In this document: positions 44,639 to 56,291 of the stretch, one piece after another | Numbering within the stretch: position 1 is the stretch's first letter | Layout: each line of letters begins with the position of its first letter | DNA from: Basidiobolus meristosporus CBS 931.73 | Lineage: Eukaryota > Fungi > Basidiobolomycota | Assembly: GCA_002104905.1 (NCBI GenBank) | Contig: MCFE01000369.1 | Span: forward strand, 1-64,000 | Reading direction: 5' to 3' | Length of the DNA stretch: 64,000 bases | Notes under the pieces: model-generated | Seen by the model: the letters and a program-made list of their open reading frames with translations, nothing else | Databases searched by the model: none | What the model was told of the DNA's origin: nothing | Position numbers and translations under genes: made by a program

Positions 44639-47600
44639 TGTTGTAAAAAATTTGTAATTCCACCTAAATATTCACCTAACTTAGACACTTAGATTGTTAC
44701 CTTCAAATTCCAGAGTATACTGACCAAATTTCTTGTTGGAATTTACTTAAAATACTTATACAGAACATAAAAATTCTCAAAGTTGTCTAAACAGCCCAAA
44801 CTCTGCACATATGTTCTTGGGACCTTCCTTAACCTATTCTATGTGTTTGTTATGACAAGACCATGCAAAGTATAAATACTACTTATACATTCAATAAATC
44901 ATCAAGTGAAAACTGCATATTCCACTTGTCCTCCCTAGCACTTCCAATATCTCCAAGACTCTTACAGCAGGTTATGAGCCCTAATTTGTCACTCTCTGCA
45001 ATGTCTACTACTGGTATTACTGGAATCTTTCCCTCCGCTGAAAAGTTGGATGGATCTAACTACCAAGTGCTGAAGGTGAAGATGAAGATGCTGTTACACA
45101 AAAGAGGCCATTGGAATATTGTGATGGGAGAAGAATGACTCCTAAAATTGTGGGAGAAGAATCCTTAAAGTACCACAAGTAAGAACAAAGTGCCTTTAAC
45201 TGCATTTGCCTTAATGTTAAAGACAAAATGCTAATTCATTGCTCAAGAGCAAATGCAGTAAAGAGTGCCTGGAAGGCATTAGAAGACTCCTACTAGTCAT
45301 GTCCAGCTGCTAAGAAAATGTATCTGAGACAAAAATTCTTTATTACAAAGATGCAGCCAGGAGAAGAAGTAAAAAATCTAATTAACAGAATCACCCTGCT
45401 GGTAGATGAGATGGAATCTGTGGTGTACCAACTACTGATGTGGATGTGATAGTTGCAATCCTGAATAGCCTGACAGACAAGTTTCAGGATCTTGTATTGG
45501 CCCTAGAGTCCAGAACTGAAGATTTGACCTTAAATTACATATATGGAAGGCTCCTGGATGAAGAATTAAGAAAATCAAGTGCAATAAGAAGGAAGAAGAA
45601 GCTGCTCTAATAAGCAGTTGTAACCAGCAAAAGAGATACCCAAGACCTTTTAGAGGCAATAGTAACCTGCTATGCAACTACTGCAAAAGGAAAGGACATA
45701 CATCAGACCAGTGCTTCAAAAACAGAGATAGTCAGTAGAAAAAGCCTGAATATCAAAAAGATGCAACAACTGAAGATAGACTATTCATATCTGCACTATA
45801 TATGACAGCAAACACAGACTCTCAGATGCGGTATATTGACTCTGGAGCATCTCAACACTTTACACACAAAAAAAAACTTTTTACCCAATATCAAGAAATT
45901 CTAATCAAGAAGGTTTTCATGAGTGACTACAGAACACCTGATGCAGGGGAGAAGGAACTATCCAAGTAAGCCTAAGAAGCAGTGAAGGAAGCCATACACT
46001 GACCTTTGAAGAAGTACTTTATGTACCAGAAATAGCCCAGAACCTACTATCTATAAGCAAGGCCACAGCAAAAGGACTCAGTTTTGGCTTTGACAATTCT
46101 GGATGCAGGATCACCTATCAAGATGTAGCCCATATTGCTTTGGGTATCATAGATCAGAATCTATACAAGTTGACTTATATTCCATCATATCTGGAATCCA
46201 ATATAAGTAACTTAAATGAAGAAACACCAATGCTTTGGCACAGGAGATGTGGGCACATCAATCTTGATTATTTGTGCAAAATGATCAAAGATTGGCTAAT
46301 TTCTGGAGTAAAAATTGATCCCCAGCTAATTTGGAGCACTGTGAGGCCTGCATATATGGGAAATAAGTCAGAAATCTGTTCAAGAGCTCTGGGTTAATCA
46401 AAACTAAGAAAAAATTAGATCTAATTCAATCAGATCTGTGTGGACCTATGCAAAATTTATCCTTAGGCAGGATGAAGTATTTACTCACTTTTATCAATGA
46501 TTATACAAGATACACATGGGTCTACTTCATGGAGTGAAGCTAAGAGGCTCTGTCAAAGTTCAGGGTGTTCAAAGTCATGGTGGAGAGAGAAACTAGTGAA
46601 AAATTAAGAAATATGCTCCAAAAATGGTGGAGAATATACCTTAAAACTCTTCATCCACTTCTGTAAAATTCATGGGATAAAGCAAGAGACTACTGTGCCA
46701 TACTCCCTATAGCAAAATGAAGTAGCAGAATGTGCCAACAGATCAATAATTGAAATGGCATGATCAATGATCCATGATCAAAAATTATCCCTTGATATTT
46801 GGCAGAGTTAGTTGCCACAGCTGTATACCCTAAAAATATGAGTTATAACAGAATACTTTGTGATTCTACTTCATTTGAAGCATGGTATGGATACAAAGCA
46901 AGTGCAGAACATCTAAGAATATTGGGGTGTACAGCATATGCCAAGAAACTGCACAACAATTAGTTAAAACTTGAACCAAAAAGTGTAAAATGCATATTTT
47001 TGGGCAACTGCAATGAGAGTAAAGCTTACAGACTCTACAATGCCAAAGCAAGGAAACTAATCAAGTCCAGGGATGTGTTTTTTGATGAAAATTCAAGTTT
47101 TTCACAAAAAATGACATCAGAGGATGACAAAAATTTGATCTCAGGTCCACCAATTGTCAGGATTGAATCAGAGCAAAACAATGAAAACTTTTTCACTCCA
47201 GAGGACTCTACAGCCATGTTTCAGCCAGAATCAGTGCCCAGGAATATCCCAGAAGTGATCATTCCAGTATCAAATGCCTGGAGATCCAATTGGACAAGAA
47301 ATAGCCCAAATTACTATATCAATGAGGGTACAAACTTAGCCTATGCCTATTCAGTCCAAATTGATGAGCCCCAGACTGATAAAGAGGCCCTAAATAGCCC
47401 TCAGACAAAGTTTTGGAGATCAGCAATGACTGAGGAATATCAGGCCCTAATGGAAGTTCAAACTTGGGACTTGGTCAAATTATCAATCAACCAAAAATCA
47501 ATTGGATGCAGATGGGCTTTTAAGACAAAATACAAGGCTGATGGTACAATAGAAAGATACAAAGCAGGACTTGTGGCCAAAGGATACTCCCAAATAAAAG

Positions 47601-48330
47601 GACTTGACTATACTGAGACCTTTGCACCAGTAGCCAAGTTTAATTCCATCAGACTAATATTAGCTATTGCAGCTAAATGTAAGCTTTCTATTCCTCAAGT
47701 GAATGTAAAAACTGCATTTTTGAATGGAGAACTTGATGAGGATTTGTATATAGACCAGCCTGATGAATTTGCTAACAATGATAACCCCCAATTGGTCTGC
47801 AAGCTTAAAAAGTCTGTAGGTGTCAAACAATCACCAAGAGCCTGGAATTGCAAGATAGGTTCTTATTTGGAATCTTTGAGTTTCAAAAGCAGTAATGCTG
47901 AGTATAGTGTATACTATAAGCCAGATAGAGCAAATCCAGTTCTATTAGCTCTGATATGTGGATGATCTTATTATAGTCACCAATAATCTAGCAATATTGG
48001 AAGAGACTAAATCCAGCCAATCTAAGGAGTTCAAGATGTCCAATCTAGGAGAACTCAGCTACTGCTTAGGGATTAAGTTTGCCATAGACAGAAGTACACA
48101 GACTATTACCCTAAGCCAATCAAAGTATTTTCAAGATATACTAAGGAAATCCCAAATGGAAGACTGTAAACCGGCAGCTACCCCAATGGAGACAAACCTC
48201 AACTTGGTCAAAACTAAACCAAATCAAGAGAGCTTAGTGCCCTCTGAAACCCTGACTTTCCTTATCACTCTATGGTAGGCAGTCTGATGTATATCATGTC
48301 CGATGAACATCCAGATATCTCATTCAGTGG
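44639..48330 (+). mobile_element. Heavily decayed Ty1/copia element #2 (5' LTR 44639-44969, PBS, gag to RT; 3' end missing)
   Basis: LTR TG..CA, GGTTATGAGCCC, collinear with element #3 but with many stops and indels. Ends abruptly in RT at a junction with Tnp2 sequence. Confidence 0.9.
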
Positions 48331-50147
48331 GTTAGGATATCATTTTGCCACAGAGAGAACATTCAGAAGTCAGCATGCAATTGCAGCAAAGTTGGCAAGC
48401 TATTAGCCATTTGCTGGAATATGGAATCAGTTGGAAATCAGACATACTTAAGATAATAGGTATCTGCTGGAGCAACAACATTCCACTGGGAGCAATGCAT
48501 TTGTTTTCAATAATATCCCTATACTGAAGACCAAGATGCACATGGGGCATTTCAACCTAAGTGAGCCCATTGAGATATGGAGAAACTTAAAAGAATTGGC
48601 AAGATATTACAGAGTATCCACTACCCTAAGTACTTCTCACGGGTGCCAATTAATATTCATATGCATAAGCAACAATACAAATGCAAAGACTGGATGAACT
48701 GGATATGTATTTATTCAAGTGGCATTCTGAAGCCATTCCTACCAAGAGTACATTGGAATTATTGGGTGTCAAATATGGACATTGTAGAATATTTTTCCAG
48801 AAGCAGATCACCAATGCCAACCTGATGCATCTACAGCTGTTGGGCAAGGAGTTTGTGACAGGACTTGAGCGGCTTTAGTACAAACATAAAGCTGAAAATG
48901 TAGATTTTTCACCAACTGTATCCATTCTCTACTCCATCTTGCATGGTGTGTGGAGAATATTGGGGCTTGCTTGACCTTTTGGGAGTTTCCTATGGAGCGG
49001 ATGTGTTGGGAGACAGCAAGACAAGTCAAGTTGCAGGTGCTACCATATACCAATCTCATCAAGAATATTACCTTCAAGTCCATGATGGATGTAATGAGTT
49101 GGCACATGAGAGACAGCCAGAAATAGTTGGAAAATACTGAGGACAGATGCACACATGGAGACACCTATGCCAATAACATTAAGAAGCTAAGAACACCCAA
49201 TGTGTCAGTAATCAGTTAAGTAATGCAAAGTTGGGTCAGGTGCAACAAGTAGCTAATCTTTATTAAGAGAACTCTACCAAGGTATGCCAGATCTCTCATG
49301 GTCACAAGCTAATTTCTACTGCATTCAACAAAGAACTCACACAAACAAGAGCCAAAAGTACTTATATAGGGGACTAGAATCCAACAAGGAGAAGCAATAT
49401 ATTGGCTGAGTACCAAGAAGTTCTTTGCGGATATTCAGGAGGCACTCATGGTAGAAGTGGCAACAACCAAGCATATGTTTGCAAGATGTATGTGTTACCA
49501 GCAGTACAAGGTATATGGCTACTTTGCAAGTATCCAACTAAAAAGCTGTAAAGTTGAGGTGATAGAAGTATCTCAATTGCAGCAGGTGTGCATGTTTGTA
49601 GAGGTTATTAAGCAGGAGGCCATAGTTTTTTTTGATTTAAGCCATATGTGGAATACCCAAGGTAGTAGTGGATAGCAAATAAAAAGGGGCAATTCTACAG
49701 TGGAATATATGAATTGCACATGGGGAGGTAGAAAAAGGAAATACCATATGGTATATTGGTACAGTGGCATTATAGAGATCTTGTTGTAGGCCATCATACT
49801 GCCATTATAATGCCATCAGAATCTTGCCATGAGGCTGTTAAAATACCATCAAAAACTCTGCCATATAAGGCAAATGAATGTCCTGGCCAGTAGGATCCAC
49901 TCAAAGTAGCTGTAGAGCACAATAAGACTGCTACAATGCCATGTAATTATTGTCACATCACTAATCAAATCCTGTCAAGTTTTATCACTTTGGCAGTAGA
50001 ATTAGCAAAGCGCTGTTGTGATCCCATAATAAGATTGTTAAGAGGGCCACTAATTCCAAGCTGCTGATATTTTGACGGTCTCTAAGCAGGAACCTGATGG
50101 CTGATCTGGATTGAATCTACCCGTGGACTAAATTATTTTTCATAGGG
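48331..50147 (+). mobile_element. CACTA-like copy C, right part: Tnp2 3' remnant and 3' terminus
   Basis: LQSIHYPKYFSRVPINIHMHKQQYKCKDWMNWICIYS.., YSILHGVWRILG/FWEFPM-type remnants. Ends AAATTATTTTTCATAGGG at 50147. Confidence 0.75.
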
Positions 50148-50369
50148 TTATATAATAGCGTTACATTGTCAAACTGTTTGCCCATAGACAAGACTACTTT
50201 GAATCAATACTGTAAGAGTAGAGAAAAAGGATTATATGGCTATTACAGCAAGTCTCTCAGACACAAAGGACACAGCCAGCATAGGAAGTATTACAAGGAT
50301 CACGGCCAGTGTCTTGGCACACAATTCATATTTGACCATTCACCAAGTACTACTGTACCACCAATACCC

Positions 50370-51212
50370 TGAGGAAAATTGCAGTGGTGCTCCTAACAAA
50401 AGGCTGTCAGAGATTCTCAGTCACATAGCTAAGAGGTACTAAATCCATCAGGACACTGTGCAAACACCATCAAAAAATAATGGCACCCCAGATATCATAA
50501 AAAACTTGGTCAAATTTTCATCACAACTATACAAAAGTGGCTTTTGATTGGTTTTCTGCCAATTTTCTCATTCCCTGATCCTGGACACTTTAACTTCCAA
50601 CATTTGTGTGTATTGATTAGCTATTGCCTCTTTTTCACACTTCTTACTACCTGACTCAACCGCTTCTCTTATTTTTCATTCATACAAATTTATTTATTTC
50701 CGTTGAAACTTCAATTGTACATCACTTACCAATTGTATTGACCTATCCAAGTCCTTATATGCTACACTAACATTAACCCCAAACCCACACTGAACAAGTA
50801 ACTCCATTAAGAACCCACCACTCACTAAGTATTTCTGCTGTAACGCTCTGTTTCCACTGCATTAGCCAGAGCCCTATGGCTTTATGCCATTGATCATTTG
50901 CAGGTTCCCATACACCCTGACCTTCAGCTAGCACTGCAAGGTCTAGCTTCTCATCTGCCAGTCTGCAAGAAGTCTATGCAATATGCAAGTGAATTTTCTT
51001 AAGCACTGCTCTTGAAGAAGTGCCTCAGCTTCTTGGTGTGCCTATAAGTGTTCCAAATTTCACTAAAGGCAATGTGATAACCTTTTGAGTTATTGACATT
51101 GTTACTTTTTCTGTCAATGGGATCCACACTCTGTCACAATGGAAGATGTGGAGGCTGTGGCAGACAAATTGCCTTTCTCTGCAAAATCATTTACCCAATG
51201 GAGTGTAGCTAC
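50370..51212 (+). mobile_element. CACTA-like copy D: 5' subterminal region and 3' end of ORF1 (host of copia #3)
   Basis: Homologous to 60500-61130 and, in reverse, to 62600-63400. The sequence resumes at 55900 after the copia insertion. Confidence 0.65.
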
Positions 51213-51573
51213 TGTTGTAAGAGTCTTGGAGATATTGGAAGTGATTTGGAGAACAAGTAGATTATGTGGTTTTCACTTAATCATTTATTGAATGTAAAAG
51301 TAGTATTTATACTTTTACATGGTCTTGGCATTACAAACACGTAGAATAGGCTAAGGAAGGTCCCAAGAACATGTGTGCAAAGTTTGGGGCTGTTTGGACA
51401 ACTTTGAGAATTTTCATGTTCTGGGTACCTGGTATTTTGGTGAAAATATTCTAAGTAAATCCCGACAAGGAATTTGGTCAGTGTTCTCTAGGATTTGAAG
51501 GTGATGATCTAAGTGACTAAGTTAGGTGAATACTTAGGTGGAAAATACAAATTTTTACAACACTCCCACTCAG

Positions 51574-54500
51574 CTAAATGTTCATACTAACTAGTCCTAA
51601 TTTTGACCTAAGATATTCAAACTTGTCTCTAGCTAATGGTTTGGTAAATATGTCTGCAATCATTTCATCTGTAGGACAGTAAACTAAGCTAACTAAGTTG
51701 TTCTCTATAGCTTCACGTATGAAATGATGTCTAATATCTATGTGCTTGGTTCTAGCATGAAAAGTTGGATTTCTACCTAATTGTATACATCCTTGATTAT
51801 CTTGAAATAAAGTAATAGGCGTTTTTTGACATAGGCCTAAATCTGTAAAGAGCTTTCTTAACCACATTGCTTCTTTTGTAGCTTCACAGGCTGCCATATA
51901 CTCTGCCTCTGTAGTAGAAAGTGCTACGGTTGGTTGCTTTCTTGAATTCCATGAAATTGCTCCTTGACAGTAAAGAAAGGTGTATCCTGTGGTGGATCTT
52001 CTGTCTTCTAAATTTCGTCCCCAATCTGCATCAGAGTATTCCACAAGATCTTGTTCTGAGTCCTTATAAGTGTATCTTAGGCAGATATCAGCAGTTCCTT
52101 TTAGGTATCTAAAAATCCGCTTAACTGCTGCAATATGATCAGATCCATAGCTCTGATTATGTTGGCTGACAACTCCCACTGAATATGAGATATCTGGACG
52201 TGTTCCAAGCATGATATACATCAGACTGCCGACCATAGATTGATAAGGAAAGTCAGGGCTTTCAGATGGCACCAAGCTCTCTTGATTTGGTTGAGTTTTG
52301 ACCAAGTTAAGGTTTGTCTCCATTGGGGTAGCTGCCGGTTTACAGTCTTCCATTTTGTACTTCTTTAGTATATCTTGAATATACTTGGATTGGCTTAGGG
52401 TAATAGTCTGGGTACTTCTGTCTATGGAGAACTTAATCCCTAAGTAGTAACTAAGTTCTCCTAGATCGGACATCTTGAACTCCTTAGATAGGCTGGATTT
52501 AGTCTCTTCCAATGTTTCTAGGTTATTGGCAGCTATAATAAGATCATCCACATATAGAGCTAATAGAACTGGATTTGCTCTATCTGGCTTATAGTATATA
52601 CTATAGTCAGCATTACTCCTTTTGAAACTCAAAGATTCCAAATAAGAATCTATCTTGCAATTCCAGGCTCTTGGTGATTGTTTGAGACCATATAGTGACT
52701 TTTTAAGCTTGCAGACCAAATGGGGGTTATCTTGGTCAACAAACCCATCAGGCTGGTCCATATACACGTCCTCATCAAGTTCTCCATTCAAAAATGCAGT
52801 TTTTACATCCATTTGATGAATAAAAAACTTATATTTGGCTGCAATAGCCAATATTAATCTGATGGAATTAAACTTGGCTACCAGTGCAAAGGTCTCAGTA
52901 TAGTCAAGTCCTTTTGTTTGAGAGTATCCTTTGGCTACAAGTCTTGCTTTGTATCTTTCAATTGTACCATCAGCCTTGTATTTTGTCTTGAAGACCCATC
53001 TGCATCCAATTGATTTTCGGTTGATTGGTAATTTGACTAAGTCCCAAGTTTGATTTTCCATCAGGGCCTGATATTCCTCAGTCATTGCAGAGCTCCAAAA
53101 CTTTGTCTGAGGGCTATTTAGGGCCTCTTTTACAGTCTGGGGTTCATCAACATGGACTGAATAGGCATAGGCTAAGTTTGTACCCTCATTGATATAGTAA
53201 TTTGGGCTATTTCTTGTCCGATTGGATCTCCAGGCATTTGATACTGGAATGATCACTTCTGGGATATTCCTGGACACTGATTCTGGCTGAACCACGGTTG
53301 TAGAGTCCTCTGGAGTGAAAAAATTTTCATTGTTTTGCTCTGATTCAATCCTGACAATTGGTGGACTTGAGATCAAATTTTTGTCATCATCTGATGTCAT
53401 TTTTTGTGAAAATTTTGAATTTTCATCAAACAACACATCCCTGGACTTGATAAGCTTCTTTGCTTTGGTATTGTAGAGTCTGTATGCCTTACTCTCATTG
53501 CAGTAGCCCAAAAATATGCATTTTACACTTTTTGGCTCAAATTTTGACTGATTTCCGGCCAGTTTTTTGGCATATGCTGTGCACCCAAATATTCTTAGAT
53601 GTTCTGCACTTGGTCTGTATCCATACCATGCTTCAAATGGAGTAGAATCACGAAGTATTCTGTTATAACTCCTATTTTTAAGGTATACAGCAGTGGCAAC
53701 TGATTCCGCCCAAAAATCATAGGATAATTTTTGATCATGGATCATAGATCTTGCCATATCAATTATTGATCTGTTAGCTCGTTCTGCTACTCCATTTTGC
53801 TGTGGGGAGTATGGTACAGTAGTCTCTTGCTTTATCCCATGAATTTTGCAGAAGTGGATGAAGAGTTTTGAGGTATATTCTCCACCATTGTCAGAGCGTA
53901 TTTTCTTGATTTTTTCACCAGTTTCTCTCTCCACCATAGCTTTAAACTCCCTGAGCTTAGACAGAGCTTCTTCCTTTCTCTCCATGAAGTAGACCCATGT
54001 GTATCTTGTATAATCATCAATAAAAGTGATTAAATACTTCATCCCGCCTAAGGATAAATTTTGCATAGGTCCACACAGATCTGAGTGAATTAGATCTAAT
54101 TTTTTCTTAGTTTTGATTAACCCAGAGCTCTTGAACGGTTGTCTGGCTTGTTTCCCATATATGCAGGCTTCACAGTGCTCCAAATTAGCTGGGGGATCAA
54201 TTTTCACTCCAGAAATTAGCTGATCTTTGATCATTTTGCGCAAATAATCAAAATTGATGTGTCCAAATCTCCTGTGCCAAAGCATTGGTGTTTCTTCATT
54301 TAAGTTACTTATATTGGCTTCCAGATATGATGGAATATAAGTCAACTTGTATAGGTTCTGATCTCTGATGCCCGAAGCAATATGAGCACCATTTTGATCA
54401 GTGATCCTGCATCCAGAATTGTCAAAACTGAAACTGAGTCCTTCTGCTGTGGCCTTGCTTACAGAGAGTAGGTTCTTGGCTATTTCTGGTACATAGAGTA

Positions 54501-55545
54501 CTTCTTTAAAGGTCAGTGTATGGCTTCCTTCACTGCTTCTAAGGTTTACTTGGATAGTTCCTTCTCCCACTGCATCAAGTGTTCTATCGTCACCCATGAA
54601 AACCTTCTTAATTGGAATTTCTTGATATTGGGTAAAAAGTTCTTTTTGGTGTGTAAAGTGTTGAGAAGCTCCAGAGTCAATATACCACGTCTGAGAATCC
54701 TTGTTTGTGGTCATATTTAGTGCAGATATGAATAGTCTATCTTCAGTTGTTGCAGCATTTCCATATTCAGGCTTCTTTTGCTGATAATCTCTCTTTTTGA
54801 AACACCGGTCTGATGTGTGTCCTTTCCTTTTGCAGTAGTTGCAAAATAGGTTGCTGTTGCCTTTGTAGGGTCTTGGGTACCTCCTTTGTTGGTTATCATT
54901 GCTTATTAAAGCATTTTCTTCTTCCTTCTTATTGGCGCTTGATTTTCTTAATTCTTCATCCAGGAGCCTTCCATATACGTAATTTAAGGTCAAATCTTCA
55001 GTTCTGGACTCTAGGGCTGATACAAGGCCCTGAAACTTGTCTGTCAGGCTATTCAGGATGGTAACTATCACATCCTCATCAGTAGTTGGTACGCCCACAG
55101 ATTCCATCTCATCTACCAGCAGGGTAATTCTGTTAATTAGATTTTTCATTTCTTCTCCTGGCAGCATCTTTGTAGTAAAGAATTTTCTTCTCAGATACAT
55201 TTTCTTGGCAGCTGAACATGACTGGTAGGTGTCTTCTAATGCCTTCCAGGCATTCTTTGCCGTTTTTGCTCTTGAGCATTGAATTAGCAATTTGTCCTTG
55301 ACATTAAGGCAAATGCAGTTAAAGGCACTTTGTTCTTTCTTCTGGTACTTTAAGGCTTCCTCTCCCACGTTTTTAGGAGGGCATTCTTCTCCCATGACAA
55401 TATCCCAAAGGCCTCTTTCTTGTAGCAGCATCTTCATCTTCACCTTCCACACTTGGTAGTTAGATCCATCCAACTTTTCAGCAGAGGGAAAAATTCCAGT
55501 AATAGCAGTAGTAGACATTGCAGAGAGTGACAGCTCGGGGCTCAT
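51574..55545 (-). CDS. Copia Gag-Pol polyprotein (1323 aa from the ATG inside the PBS)
   Basis: Zn knuckle CNYCKRKGHTSDRC, protease WYIDSGASQH, pre-integrase WHRRFGH..CEAC, integrase HSDLCGP/RSDNGGEY/AERANR, RT QMDVKTAFLNG/YVDDL, RNase H SDADW/EAEY/QDNQG, in copia order. Confidence 0.97.
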   Translation of the reverse strand: MSPELSLSAMSTTAITGIFPSAEKLDGSNYQVWKVKMKMLLQERGLWDIVMGEECPPKNVGEEALKYQKKEQSAFNCICLNVKDKLLIQCSRAKTAKNAWKALEDTYQSCSAAKKMYLRRKFFTTKMLPGEEMKNLINRITLLVDEMESVGVPTTDEDVIVTILNSLTDKFQGLVSALESRTEDLTLNYVYGRLLDEELRKSSANKKEEENALISNDNQQRRYPRPYKGNSNLFCNYCKRKGHTSDRCFKKRDYQQKKPEYGNAATTEDRLFISALNMTTNKDSQTWYIDSGASQHFTHQKELFTQYQEIPIKKVFMGDDRTLDAVGEGTIQVNLRSSEGSHTLTFKEVLYVPEIAKNLLSVSKATAEGLSFSFDNSGCRITDQNGAHIASGIRDQNLYKLTYIPSYLEANISNLNEETPMLWHRRFGHINFDYLRKMIKDQLISGVKIDPPANLEHCEACIYGKQARQPFKSSGLIKTKKKLDLIHSDLCGPMQNLSLGGMKYLITFIDDYTRYTWVYFMERKEEALSKLREFKAMVERETGEKIKKIRSDNGGEYTSKLFIHFCKIHGIKQETTVPYSPQQNGVAERANRSIIDMARSMIHDQKLSYDFWAESVATAVYLKNRSYNRILRDSTPFEAWYGYRPSAEHLRIFGCTAYAKKLAGNQSKFEPKSVKCIFLGYCNESKAYRLYNTKAKKLIKSRDVLFDENSKFSQKMTSDDDKNLISSPPIVRIESEQNNENFFTPEDSTTVVQPESVSRNIPEVIIPVSNAWRSNRTRNSPNYYINEGTNLAYAYSVHVDEPQTVKEALNSPQTKFWSSAMTEEYQALMENQTWDLVKLPINRKSIGCRWVFKTKYKADGTIERYKARLVAKGYSQTKGLDYTETFALVAKFNSIRLILAIAAKYKFFIHQMDVKTAFLNGELDEDVYMDQPDGFVDQDNPHLVCKLKKSLYGLKQSPRAWNCKIDSYLESLSFKRSNADYSIYYKPDRANPVLLALYVDDLIIAANNLETLEETKSSLSKEFKMSDLGELSYYLGIKFSIDRSTQTITLSQSKYIQDILKKYKMEDCKPAATPMETNLNLVKTQPNQESLVPSESPDFPYQSMVGSLMYIMLGTRPDISYSVGVVSQHNQSYGSDHIAAVKRIFRYLKGTADICLRYTYKDSEQDLVEYSDADWGRNLEDRRSTTGYTFLYCQGAISWNSRKQPTVALSTTEAEYMAACEATKEAMWLRKLFTDLGLCQKTPITLFQDNQGCIQLGRNPTFHARTKHIDIRHHFIREAIENNLVSLVYCPTDEMIADIFTKPLARDKFEYLRSKLGLVSMNI

Positions 55546-55549
55546 AACC
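55534..55549 (-). other. Primer-binding site complementary to the tRNA-iMet anticodon stem-loop (half-tRNA priming)
   Basis: GGTTATGAGCCC immediately after the 5' LTR. The same motif lies at 33894 and 44970. Confidence 0.85.
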
Positions 55550-55943
55550 TGTTGTAAGAGTCTTGGAGATATTGGAAGTGATTTGGAGAACAAGTAGATT
55601 ATGTGGTTTTCACTTAATGATTTATTGAATGTAAAAGTAGTATTTATACTTTTACATGGTCTTGGCATTACAAACACGTAGAATAGGTTAAGGAAGGTCC
55701 CAAGAACATGTGTGCAAAGTTTGGGGCTGTTTGGACAACTTTGAGAATTTTCATGTTCTGGGTACCTGGTATTTTGGTGAAAATATTCTAAGTAAATCCC
55801 GACAAGGAATTTGGTCAGTATTCTCTAGGATTTGAAGGTGATGATCTAAGTGACTAAGTTAGGTGAATATTTAGGTGGAAAATACAAATTTTTACAACAG
55901 CTACACTGGCTACATGTCCAACTCATGTGAGAGCAGCTGTTTT

Positions 55944-56291
55944 TGTTGTAAAAATTCGTATTTCCACCTAAATATTCACCTAACTTAGTCACTTAGATCA
56001 TCACCTTCAAATTCTAGAGAATACTGACCAAATTCCTTGTTGGGATTTACTTAGAATATTATCACCAAAATACCAGGTACCCAGAACATGAAAATTCTCA
56101 AAGTTGTCCAAACAGCCCCAAACTTTGCACACATGTTCTTGGGACCTTCCTTAACCTATTCTACATGTTTGTAATGCCAAGATCAGGTAAAAGTATAAAT
56201 ACTACTTTTAATTCAATGAATCATTAAGTGAAAACCACACAATCTACTTGTTCTCCCAATCACTTCCAATGTCTCCAAGACTCTTACAACA
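55944..56291 (+). mobile_element. Solo LTR of the copia family with 5-bp TSD
   Basis: 348 bp, TG..CA, flanked by GTTTT on both sides. The host ORF1 sequence continues across it. Confidence 0.93.

Larger units (their letters stand above)
51213..55899 (-). mobile_element. Intact Ty1/copia LTR retrotransposon #3 (4687 bp)
   Basis: 350-bp LTRs at 55550-55899 (5') and 51213-51562 (3') with 4 differences, TG..CA ends, TSD GCTAC on both sides, PBS GGTTATGAGCCC, PPT GCTGAGTGGGAG, uninterrupted gag-pol ORF. Confidence 0.98.

Noticed and set aside
55546-55677. 44-codon N-terminal extension of the copia ORF
   Set aside because: It lies in the PBS/LTR and starts at a non-ATG codon. The first ATG is at 55545.
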